Program-made: the position numbers and the translations under genes
DNA from: an uncultured Candidatus Saccharibacteria bacterium
Lineage (GTDB): Bacteria > Patescibacteriota > Minisyncoccia > Minisyncoccales > JANBVM01
DNA length: 59,501 bases
Assembly (NCBI GenBank): GCA_964493485.1
Contig: CAZBMQ010000006.1
Span: 12,081-71,581 of the forward strand
Direction: 5' to 3'
Shown: positions 38,492-46,892 of the stretch, piece by piece
Numbering within the stretch: the stretch's first letter is position 1
How the letters are laid out: each line of letters starts with the position of its first letter
The notes under the pieces: model-generated
What the model was told of the DNA's origin: nothing
The model's input: only the letters and a program-made list of their open reading frames with translations
The model's database searches: none

Positions 38492-39436
38492 ATGAAAAAA
38501 GCATCAAAACCCAAAATTACAGCAAAAGATGTACTTGTGCCTTTGGATGTACCAAAAAGCATGAGAAGGAAGTATATTGAGAACTATTTAAATATGACCA
38601 GATATTCTGGAAGATTGATGCTTTTTGCAGGAGATCAGAAGATAGAACATTTGAACAATGATTTTTATGGAGAGGGAATTCATCCAGATGATGCTGATCC
38701 CGAACATCTCTTTCGTGTAGCAAGCAAAGGAAAGATAGGAGTTCTTGCTACCCAGAGAGGTCTTATTGCAAAATATGGAGCTGATTATAGAAATGTGCAA
38801 TATTTAATAAAACTAAATTCAAAAACAAATCTTATTAAAACAGAACAGAGAGATCCTCTTAATGGAAAAATTACTGATATTGAAGAAGCAATCGAATTTC
38901 AAAAGATTTCAGGATTAAAAATATTGGGTGTTGGTTATACAGTTTATCTTGGGAGCGAGTTTGAGGCAGAAATGCTGAGAGAGGCTTCAAGAATGGTATA
39001 TGAAGCTCACAAACACGGTCTTTTGACAGTAATCTGGATGTATCCCAGAGGCAAGGCTGTGAAAGATGAAAAAGATGCTCATTTAATTGCAGGCGCTACT
39101 GGGGTTGCTGCTTGTCTTGGTACAGATTTTGTTAAGATAAATCCTCCAAAAAAAGAAGGAAAATATGTAACAGAATTATTAAAAGAGGCAGTTTTGGCTG
39201 CAGGCAGAACTAAGGTTGTGTGTGCGGGTGGTTCTTCTGTAGATGTTGAAGCATTTTTACAAAGATTGTATGATCAGATTCAGATAGGAATTTCTGGTAA
39301 TGCAACTGGAAGAAATATTCATCAGAAGGGCTTCAAAGAAGCTGTTGCGATGTGTAATGCTATATACGCAATAACAGTAGAAGGAAAGAATGTCAAAGAG
39401 GCTTTAGAAATATACAATAAGTTTAAAGCCAAATAA
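38492..39436 (+). CDS. Class I (DhnA/archaeal-type) fructose-bisphosphate aldolase
   Basis: FAGDQKIEH, IWMYPRG, Schiff-base DFVKIN, AGG, ATGRNIHQ. Confidence 0.85.
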   Translation: MKKASKPKITAKDVLVPLDVPKSMRRKYIENYLNMTRYSGRLMLFAGDQKIEHLNNDFYGEGIHPDDADPEHLFRVASKGKIGVLATQRGLIAKYGADYRNVQYLIKLNSKTNLIKTEQRDPLNGKITDIEEAIEFQKISGLKILGVGYTVYLGSEFEAEMLREASRMVYEAHKHGLLTVIWMYPRGKAVKDEKDAHLIAGATGVAACLGTDFVKINPPKKEGKYVTELLKEAVLAAGRTKVVCAGGSSVDVEAFLQRLYDQIQIGISGNATGRNIHQKGFKEAVAMCNAIYAITVEGKNVKEALEIYNKFKAK

Positions 39437-39487
39437 CAAAGTCTGAATTTTAGTCAAAAAACTTAAATTCAGATTCTATTCCTGTTT

Positions 39488-40132
39488 ATGTTGTCTCTTT
39501 CTGCAAAAATTCGGAAGGAACTAGGGAGAGAAGTAGAAAAACTCAGAAAGGAAGGTCTTATTCCCGCTGTTTTGTATGGTCCTGGAATTAAGAATTTAAA
39601 TTTGGTATTAGATTCTAAAGAATTTGAAAAGGCGTACAAAGAAGCAGGAGAAAGCTCTTTGATTTCTTTAGAGGTTGAAGGCAAAAAAGATAAATTTCTG
39701 GTTTTGATTCATGATATCCAATTCGATCCTTTAACAGACAAACCTATTCATGTTGATTTATATCAGCCTCACCTTAAAGAGGAGGTAGAGGTGACGGTTC
39801 CTATAATTCTTGAAGGTGAGTCACCAGCCGTTAAGAATTTAGGAGGGACTTTAGTAAAGAATATCTCAGAGATTGAAATTAAAGGACTGCCTCAGGACCT
39901 TCCAAAAGAAATTAGAGTAGATATTACAGCATTAAAGACTTTTGATGATATTCTTTTTGTCAAAGATTTGCAGGTTCCAAAAGGAGTAAAAGTATTGCGT
40001 AAACCAGATGAGATTCTTATTTCAGTTTCTCCTCCTGAGAAGGAAGAAGAGAGACCAGAAGAGGAGGCAGTGGAAGAGAAAGTTTCTGAAGAAAAGCCAG
40101 AGGACTCTGAAGAGAAGGGAAAAGAAGAATAG
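39488..40132 (+). CDS. rplY: 50S ribosomal protein bL25 (long CTC form)
   Basis: LRKEGLIPAVLYG, DIQFDPL..KPIHVD, acidic tail. Confidence 0.95.
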   Translation: MLSLSAKIRKELGREVEKLRKEGLIPAVLYGPGIKNLNLVLDSKEFEKAYKEAGESSLISLEVEGKKDKFLVLIHDIQFDPLTDKPIHVDLYQPHLKEEVEVTVPIILEGESPAVKNLGGTLVKNISEIEIKGLPQDLPKEIRVDITALKTFDDILFVKDLQVPKGVKVLRKPDEILISVSPPEKEEERPEEEAVEEKVSEEKPEDSEEKGKEE

Positions 40133-40165
40133 TTTCTAATTTTTTCTACATTTCTCTCTTAAGGT

Positions 40166-41647
40166 ATGGCTATTTTTAAATCTCTTAAAAGATTTTTATA
40201 TTTTCTATTGATTTTGTGTTTTGTTTTGAGAGCTTTTGGGATTTTAGCACAACAAGAAGAAAATTCTCAGGAAGACTTAGAGGAACTATGTGACCTAGAT
40301 AGGGTTGATTTTGAATGTAATATTGTGTCTCCTCAGAAATGTGCAGAGTTGTTAGAAAAATGTAAGAATTATTATGAAGAAAAAAGCGCTCAGTTGGAGC
40401 AGGAGATTTCTGAGACTAAGAAAAAAGAAAGAACCTATGCAAACCAAGTATATCTTTTGAAAAGCAAGATACAAAAACTAAAAAATCAGATTTATCAGAG
40501 CAATTTAATAATTAAAGATCTTGGTATTCAGATAAAAGATACTGAATATTCAATTTCAAAAACATCTCTTAAGATAGAAGAGACCACAAAGAATCTGATT
40601 GCCATTCTGAGAGCTATTTACGAAGAGGATCAAAAGTCTATTGCTGAGATTTTTCTTTCCGAAGATAAGTTTTCGGATTTTTTTAATGATTTGATGGCTT
40701 TAGAGGTATTGAGCTATAAAAATCGAGAATTACTACAAGAGATAAAAAGCTTGAAATCTTCTTTAGAAAAACAAAAAGAATCTTTGGATAAGGAAGAAGA
40801 AGATTTGAGAAGACAGGTTTTGATTAAGCAACTTCAGCAGCAGCAAAGTGAAGAAGCTAAGAAGGAACAAGAATATTTGTTAAGTAAGGTGAGAGGAGAA
40901 AAAGCTTTATATCAAGAATATTTAGAAGAAGCAAAAAAGAAAGCAGAAGAGATTAGAAAGAGGATTTTCAGATTGGCTCAAATACCTGAATCGCAGGCTC
41001 CTACCTTAGAAGAGGCTTATGAGTTAGCAAAATATGTAGAAAAGGTAACTGGAGTTCGTCCCGCATTTTTGCTTGGACTTTTGCAGATAGAGTCTCGGAT
41101 TGGACAGAATGTTGGACAATGCAATTGTCCTACCTGCAGATATCCCGATATTTCTTGGAGACAGGTGATGGCAAAATCTCAACATGAAGCGTTTCTTAAG
41201 ATTACAGAAGAATTGGGACTTAATCCAGACGAAACCCCTGTTTCTTGTTGGGTGGGTGGTGGAAAGGTTCAGATGGGAGGTGCTATGGGACCAGCTCAAT
41301 TTATGCCAAGCACATGGTTGAATTTAGGTTATAAAAAAAGAGTTGAGGATATAACCTTAAAGAAGCCTGCTAATCCATGGAGGATTAAAGATGCATTTTT
41401 GGCAGCTGGACTTTATCTTGCTGATTGGGGAGCTTCTTCTCAGAATCCGTATGATGAAATTGGAGCTGCTACTGCTTATTTATGTGGAACAAATAAAATG
41501 ACCACAAGATGTATTAGGTCAGGAGGGAAAGCTTATATATATGGTTGGACTGATAAGGAAGGCAAACATCATCCCGGTGTAATGGACTATGCTGCTGAAT
41601 TCCAGGGATACATTGATAGTGGAGTATTTGAGAGTAATGATTACTAA
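40166..41647 (+). CDS. Exported coiled-coil protein with C-terminal lytic transglycosylase domain
   Basis: Signal peptide, about 200-aa coiled coil, catalytic-type LQIESRIG and GAMGPAQFMPSTW. Confidence 0.8.
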   Translation: MAIFKSLKRFLYFLLILCFVLRAFGILAQQEENSQEDLEELCDLDRVDFECNIVSPQKCAELLEKCKNYYEEKSAQLEQEISETKKKERTYANQVYLLKSKIQKLKNQIYQSNLIIKDLGIQIKDTEYSISKTSLKIEETTKNLIAILRAIYEEDQKSIAEIFLSEDKFSDFFNDLMALEVLSYKNRELLQEIKSLKSSLEKQKESLDKEEEDLRRQVLIKQLQQQQSEEAKKEQEYLLSKVRGEKALYQEYLEEAKKKAEEIRKRIFRLAQIPESQAPTLEEAYELAKYVEKVTGVRPAFLLGLLQIESRIGQNVGQCNCPTCRYPDISWRQVMAKSQHEAFLKITEELGLNPDETPVSCWVGGGKVQMGGAMGPAQFMPSTWLNLGYKKRVEDITLKKPANPWRIKDAFLAAGLYLADWGASSQNPYDEIGAATAYLCGTNKMTTRCIRSGGKAYIYGWTDKEGKHHPGVMDYAAEFQGYIDSGVFESNDY

Positions 41648-41661
41648 TACTCAATAAGTAA

Positions 41662-41699
41662 CAAAAAAATATATAGTTTTTTACTATATATTTTTTTTG
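41662..41699. terminator. AT-rich bidirectional hairpin between convergent genes
   Basis: CAAAAAAATATATAGT / ACTATATATTTTTTT inverted repeat. Confidence 0.6.
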
Positions 41700-41710
41700 A
41701 TTAATATTTC

Positions 41711-42454
41711 TTATTTTAATTTTTTCATTAATGTTTTGATAATTGGATCCAGTTTTCCATCCATTATCTTTTCAATGTTATGCCAACTTTTTTTTACCCG
41801 ATGGTCTGTTATTCTATCTTGAGGAAAATTATAAGTTCTAATCTTTTCTACTCTTCTTGCCCAGCCTATTTGAGACCTTCTTTCCTTTCCAAGCTCTTTT
41901 AATTTTTCGTTTTCTTCTCTTTCCAAGAGTTTTGCCTGCAAGATGGCTAATGCATTTTCTTTATTTTGCAATTGATTTCTTTCTGTTTGAGAAGTGACTA
42001 TAATACCTGTTGGGAGATGAGTAATCCTTACGGCTGTTTCTCTTTTGTTGACATATTGGCCTCCTGGTCCTGAAGCACGATAGAAATCAATTTTAATATC
42101 TTCCGGTTTTATTTTTATTCTTGTTTTTTCTGGCTTTAATAAAACAGCTACAGTAGCTGTAGATGTATGAATTCTTCCAGATTTTTCAGTTTTTGGTATT
42201 CTTTGTACTCTATGAACTCCGCCTTCATATTTCAAACAAGAAAAGATTTCGCTGGTCTTTCCGTTTGTAGTAGGACTAAGTTCGAAAACTATTTGTTTTA
42301 ATCCCCCAAGATCAGTAGGATGAGTATCTAATATTTTTTGTTTCCAGCCTTGGTTTTGAGCGTATTTAGAATACATTCTAAACAGGTCTGCTGCGAACAA
42401 AGCAGCTTCTTCTCCTCCTGTTCCTGCTCTGATTTCAACAATGACTGATGACAT
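41711..42454 (-). CDS. prfA: Peptide chain release factor 1 lacking N-terminal domain 1 (247 aa)
   Basis: EIRAGTGGEEAALFA, VHRVQRIPKTE (PxT), GGQ, IRTYNFPQDR.TDHR. Confidence 0.92.
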   Translation of the reverse strand: MSSVIVEIRAGTGGEEAALFAADLFRMYSKYAQNQGWKQKILDTHPTDLGGLKQIVFELSPTTNGKTSEIFSCLKYEGGVHRVQRIPKTEKSGRIHTSTATVAVLLKPEKTRIKIKPEDIKIDFYRASGPGGQYVNKRETAVRITHLPTGIIVTSQTERNQLQNKENALAILQAKLLEREENEKLKELGKERRSQIGWARRVEKIRTYNFPQDRITDHRVKKSWHNIEKIMDGKLDPIIKTLMKKLK

Positions 42455-42474
42455 ATTATAATAATTCGAATGAA

Positions 42475-42702
42475 TTATTTTTTAGATTTTTTAGTTTCTT
42501 TCTTTTTAGCTAATCTTTCCCTGAATTTTTGGACCCGTCCAACAGTATCCAAGATTTTTTCTTTTCCAGTGTAGAAAGGATGACACTTTGAACATATTTC
42601 AGTTTCAATGAATTCTTTTGTTGAGCCAACAGTAAAAGTATTGCCACAGGCGCATTTTACCTGCGCTTCTGGATAATATTTTGGATGTATATTTTTCTTC
42701 AT
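42475..42702 (-). CDS. rpmE: 50S ribosomal protein bL31 (Zn-binding type)
   Basis: [23 protein letters not shown]. Confidence 0.96.
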   Translation of the reverse strand: MKKNIHPKYYPEAQVKCACGNTFTVGSTKEFIETEICSKCHPFYTGKEKILDTVGRVQKFRERLAKKKETKKSKK

Positions 42703-42862
42703 AAATTTTCTTGAAATATTATTAAGAATATTCTATATTAACAAATATTTATTAAAAATCAATATATTATATAAATATATTTCTTAAACTAGAAGAAATT
42801 TCTAAATTAAACTTGAAAAAATATTCTGAAATGATATTATTGAAATATTAAAATTAATAAAT

Positions 42863-43612
42863 ATGATAGAAGAAGAAAACAAGTTTGATATTGATATAGA
42901 AGAGATGGCAAAAGCCGGGCTTCACTTTGGACATAAAACCTCAAAAGCCCATCCTAAAATGGAGCCTTATTTGTATGGGGTAAGAAATGGAATTCATATT
43001 ATTGATTTAGAAAAAACAAAAGAAAAGCTGGAAGAGGCTTTAGGGTTTATAAAAGAGCTAATCTCTCAGGGCAAGATATTATTGATTGTAGGAACCCAAG
43101 TTCATACGAAAGATTTAGTAAAAGAATTTGCTTCTGAATGTGGCCTTCCTTATATTAACGAAAGATGGTTGGGTGGCACCTTTACTAATTTTGAGGTTAT
43201 TAAAAAAAGAATTAATTATTTTAAAGATTTACAAGAGAAAAAGATTAAAGGGGAACTGGAAAAATATACAAAAAAAGAAAGAAGTAAGATAGAAGCAGAG
43301 TTAGAGGAGTTTGAAAGAAAGTTTGGAGGAATTAAAGATTTAGAGAGATTGCCTGATGCTATTTTTGTTTTAGATATGGAAAAAGATAGTTTAGCAGTGA
43401 AGGAAGCTCGAGAAAGAGGAGTGAAGATAGTTAGTATTTCAGACACAAATACAGATCCAACACTTGCTGATTATCCTATTCCTGCCAATGATAATGCGAT
43501 GAGTTCAGTGAAATATATATTAGACAAAGTAAAAGAGGTAATATTAAAAACAAAACAAGAAACAAAAAGCGAGATACAAGAAACAAAAGACAGAGATCAA
43601 GAGAAAAATTAA
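42863..43612 (+). CDS. rpsB: 30S ribosomal protein uS2
   Basis: AGLHFGH, HIIDL, RWLGGTFTNF, LPDAIFV, DTNTDP, IPANDNA. Confidence 0.97.
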   Translation: MIEEENKFDIDIEEMAKAGLHFGHKTSKAHPKMEPYLYGVRNGIHIIDLEKTKEKLEEALGFIKELISQGKILLIVGTQVHTKDLVKEFASECGLPYINERWLGGTFTNFEVIKKRINYFKDLQEKKIKGELEKYTKKERSKIEAELEEFERKFGGIKDLERLPDAIFVLDMEKDSLAVKEARERGVKIVSISDTNTDPTLADYPIPANDNAMSSVKYILDKVKEVILKTKQETKSEIQETKDRDQEKN

Positions 43613-43618
43613 TTCTAT

Positions 43619-43669
43619 TGGAGCATAGAACAGACAGCACATACTGTGTGCTATATGTTTTATGTTCCA
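43619..43669. repeat. Imperfect palindromic hairpin element in the rpsB-tsf spacer
   Basis: TGGAGCATAGAACA / TGTTTTATGTTCCA arms around an inner AGCACA/TGTGCT stem. Confidence 0.65.
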
Positions 43670-43681
43670 TATTTATATTTT

Positions 43682-44131
43682 ATGGTGACTATTGATCAAA
43701 TAAAAGAATTAAGAAATAAAACAGGAGTTTCCATAGGAGAATGTAAAAAAGCTTTAGAAGAAGCGAATGGGGATATGCAGAAAGCTGAAGAGATTTTAAA
43801 AAAAGCAGGCCAGGAGTTTGCTCAAAAGAGGTTAAATAGAGAAACAAAAGAAGGTATTATTGATAGTTATATACATACTGGAAGAAAAGTAGGAGTAATG
43901 ATTGAATTGAATTGCGAATCAGATTTCGTAGCTCGTTCTGAAGATTTTAAAAAATTAGCTCATGAATTATGTCTCCAGATTGCTGCATTGCCCGCAAAAG
44001 ACAAAGAGGATCTTTTAGAGCAGGTATGGATAAAGGACCAATCGAAAACAGTGAAAGATTTAATTAATGGTTATATTGCAAAATTTGGAGAAAATATTAC
44101 TCTCAAGCGGTTTGTCAGGTATGAGCTTTAA
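43682..44131 (+). CDS. tsf: Elongation factor Ts, very short form (149 aa)
   Basis: IKELRNKTG...CKKALEE, ELNCESDFVAR, GENI..KRF; start moved to ATG 43682. Confidence 0.93.
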   Translation: MVTIDQIKELRNKTGVSIGECKKALEEANGDMQKAEEILKKAGQEFAQKRLNRETKEGIIDSYIHTGRKVGVMIELNCESDFVARSEDFKKLAHELCLQIAALPAKDKEDLLEQVWIKDQSKTVKDLINGYIAKFGENITLKRFVRYEL

Positions 44132-44471
44132 AATAGTAGCCTTATTCATTTTATTTGGAAGTTCTCTTGGTTTAGGAGGGATTATTATTAGTAAAATTCC
44201 TGCTTTGTGTTCTTTGCCAGAGACAATTTTTGAGGAAGATAGGGGAGTAGCTTTGAGAATAAAGACAAGAGTAAAAAAATTAAATCCCTTAAAGAGGTTT
44301 TCTTATGATATTTTTTTGCAGAAGGTTTTGACAAAAATAAGGATTTTATCTTTGAAAACAGACACTAAGACATTTAATTTACTTCAGAAATTAAGAGAAA
44401 ATAATCAAAGAAAAAAAATAAAAGAAGATGAGAATTATTGGGATAAGATAAAAAAAGCCACAAAGGGATGA
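44121..44471 (+). CDS. Hypothetical protein with N-terminal TM helix (116 aa)
   Basis: ATG 44121 overlaps the tsf end; hydrophobic N-term and basic C-term; stop 1 nt before tRNA-Thr. Confidence 0.6.
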   Translation: MSFKIVALFILFGSSLGLGGIIISKIPALCSLPETIFEEDRGVALRIKTRVKKLNPLKRFSYDIFLQKVLTKIRILSLKTDTKTFNLLQKLRENNQRKKIKEDENYWDKIKKATKG

Positions 44472-44472
44472 T

Positions 44473-44544
44473 GCCGGTGTAGCTCAGTGGCAGAGCAACG
44501 GTTTTGTAAACCGTAGGGCGTGAGTTCAAATCTCACCACCGGCT
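44473..44544 (+). tRNA. tRNA-Thr (TGT), CCA not encoded
   Basis: GCCGGTG/CACCGGC acceptor; ACGGT-TTTGTAA-ACCGT anticodon arm. Confidence 0.95.
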
Positions 44545-44553
44545 CATAGAGTA

Positions 44554-44582
44554 TTGACAGGGATTTTATAAAAAGATAAAAT
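44554..44582 (+). promoter_or_regulatory. 16S rRNA promoter
   Basis: TTGACA, 17 nt, TAAAAT. Confidence 0.75.
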
Positions 44583-44976
44583 ATAAAGGTATTAGAAAGC
44601 ACTCTTAAAGTAAATATGGTTTTTTAGAGTTGTCCCGACTATTCTTTTTATTCGAGGATTTGATCCTGGTCCAGGATGAACGCTGGCGGCGTGGATAAGG
44701 CATGCAAGTCGAACGGACCTTATGCTTTGCATAAGGTTAGTGGCGAACGGGTTAGTAACACGTGGGTAACATACCGCCGAGACAGGGACAACCCAGAGAA
44801 ATCTGGGCTAATCCCTGATGGCCTGGTAATTGATTATTCTTTTACCAGTAAAGGGTTTCGCAAGAAACCGCTCGGCGAATGGCCTGCGGCCTATCAGCTT
44901 GTTGGTAGGGTAATGGCCTACCAAGGCTATGACGGGTAGGCGGAGTGAGAGCTTGTCCGCCAACAATGGCACTGAG

Positions 44977-45008
<32 letters not shown>

Positions 45009-45525
45009 CGAGAATATTGGTCAATGGGGGAAACCCTGAACCAGCGACGCCGCGTGCAGGAAGAAGGCCTTCGGGTTGTAAACTGCTTTTCTCCGGGAGC
45101 AAGGGAGTAATCCCTGAGAGTACCGGAGGAATAAGGGGATGCAAATTCTGTGCCAGCAGCCGCGGTAAGACAGAATCCCCAAGCGTTATCCGGATTTATT
45201 GGGCGTAAAGGGTCCGTAGGCGGTCCGTCAAGTTTTCTGTTAAATCTCTAGGGCTTAACCTTAGAGCCGCAGAAAAGACTGACGGACTAGAGGGCGTTAG
45301 AGGTTGATGGAACGCTCGGTGTAGGGGTGAAATCCGTTGATATCGAGCGGAACACCGAAAGCGAAGGCAGTCAACTGGGGCGACCCTGACGCTGAGGGAC
45401 GAAAGCGTGGGGAGCAAAAAGGATTAGATACCCTTGTAGTCCACGCCCTAAACGATGGACACTGGCTATCTGTAGTGTCGACCCTACAGGTGGCGAAGCT
45501 AACGCGTTAAGTGTCCCGCCTGGGA

Positions 45526-45557
<32 letters not shown>

Positions 45558-46029
45558 AGACGGGGGCTCACACAAGCGGTGGATCATGTGGCTTAATTCG
45601 ATAACAAACGAGGAACCTTACCAGGGCTTGACAGGCTAGTGAAATCCGCCGAAAGGCGGACTACCCACAAGGACACTAGCCCAGGTGCTGCATGGTTGTC
45701 GTCAGCAGGTGTCTTGAGATGCTCCCTTAAATGGGGAAACCTGCGTAACCCTTGCCCTATGTTTCACGTGTCATAGGGGACTGCCGTAGATAATACGGAG
45801 GAAGGTGAGGATGACGTCAAATCAGCATGGCCCTTTGATGTCCTGGGCTGCACACATGATACAATGGTCAGGACAATGGGTTGCTAAGGAGAAATCCGGA
45901 GCTAATCCCATCAAACCTGATCTCAGTTCGGATTGAGGTCTGCAACCCGACCTCATGAAGCCGGAATCGCTAGTAATCGCCAATCAGCCATGTGGCGATG
46001 AATATGTCCCTGAGCCTTGTACTCACCGC

Positions 46030-46892
46030 CCTGAAATAAAGTGCCTGGTAGGTAAATCAGCTAATAGGTGACTCGTTTATTAAAAATTTGTTTAAACGAG
46101 AAATCCTATTTTATAGCCAAAAATAGCATCCTATTTTCTGTAAAGAGATAGGGGAGAGCTTGAGGCGAAAGGCAGCCCTCCAACCTTAATGGGTTGAAGA
46201 GATAAGACGACTTCTGTTGGGCGGTCAGGAGGAAGTCTCTTTATCTTTAAGCTCTATTTGAGGGATGCCTGAAAGAGTTGATTTACTGACCCAGGGAGAT
46301 CCTGATAAGGAAAGAAGCTGGTACCTGTCAGGAAGTCAGCGAGGTAATAGTACCTTATTTATCTTGACGCTATGCATGTCCAAAGATAAGATAAGGGAAG
46401 GACCTCACCTATCTATGCTTACTGAAGATTATGTTATTGGATTAACAGATGGAGAAGGAAGCTTTACAGTGTTTCAGAGAAAAATTGGAAAGTACCGTAA
46501 GATAGAGTGTCATTTTTATGTGAAGATGAGAAAAGAAGAAAAAGAATTATTAGAGAGGTTGAAAAAATTTTTTGGATGTGGTCGAGTCTCTTTTCAGAAA
46601 GATAAACGAAGAAATCATAGTGATTGTTATCGCTATGAAGTGGGGAACATAAAAGAATTGAGACAAAAAATAATTCCAGTTTTTAAAGGGAGATTGTTAA
46701 GCAAGAAGAGAAAGAAGGATTTTGAGATATTTTGTAAGATTTTGAAGCTTGTGGAAAGTAAGGCACATTTAAGCGAGGAAGGATGGGAAAGAATTAAAAA
46801 GTTGAAAGGAAAGATGCATAGATAGGGCTCCGCCCGGTACGGGAAATCCGTACGCCGGGAAGGAACGAGAAAGCTAGTTTCAAGCACTCAAT
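46030..46892 (+). mobile_element. Group II (IIC-like) intron in 16S at E. coli about 1402/1403, 863 nt; boundary could shift by 2 nt
   Basis: D1 base CCTGG/CCAGG, EBS1 loop GGGCGGT complementary to the junction ACCGCCC, J2/3 AGC, D3 GAGGT/ACCTC, 11-bp D4, CGC-triad D5, end CTCAAT. Confidence 0.85.
46415..46825 (+). CDS. Single-motif LAGLIDADG homing endonuclease (136 aa) in intron domain IV
   Basis: YVIGLTDGEGSF motif, beta-saddle F.V.MR..E..LL..L..FFGCG.V, Y.V..IKEL...IIP.F; the upstream 50 codons of the track ORF are ribozyme sequence. Confidence 0.92.
   Translation: MLTEDYVIGLTDGEGSFTVFQRKIGKYRKIECHFYVKMRKEEKELLERLKKFFGCGRVSFQKDKRRNHSDCYRYEVGNIKELRQKIIPVFKGRLLSKKRKKDFEIFCKILKLVESKAHLSEEGWERIKKLKGKMHR

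Noticed and set aside
42455-42474. Frameshifted N-terminal exon for prfA
   Set aside because: Only 20 nt to the rpmE stop, so there is no room
46265-46414. N-terminal 50 codons of the track ORF 46265..46825
   Set aside because: They coincide with ribozyme D1-D3; the LAGLIDADG motif starts right after ATG 46415
46030-46892. Group I intron call (the default for LAGLIDADG-carrying rRNA inserts)
   Set aside because: No U|...G boundaries in either register; D1, EBS1, J2/3, D3, D4 and D5 features of group II are visible
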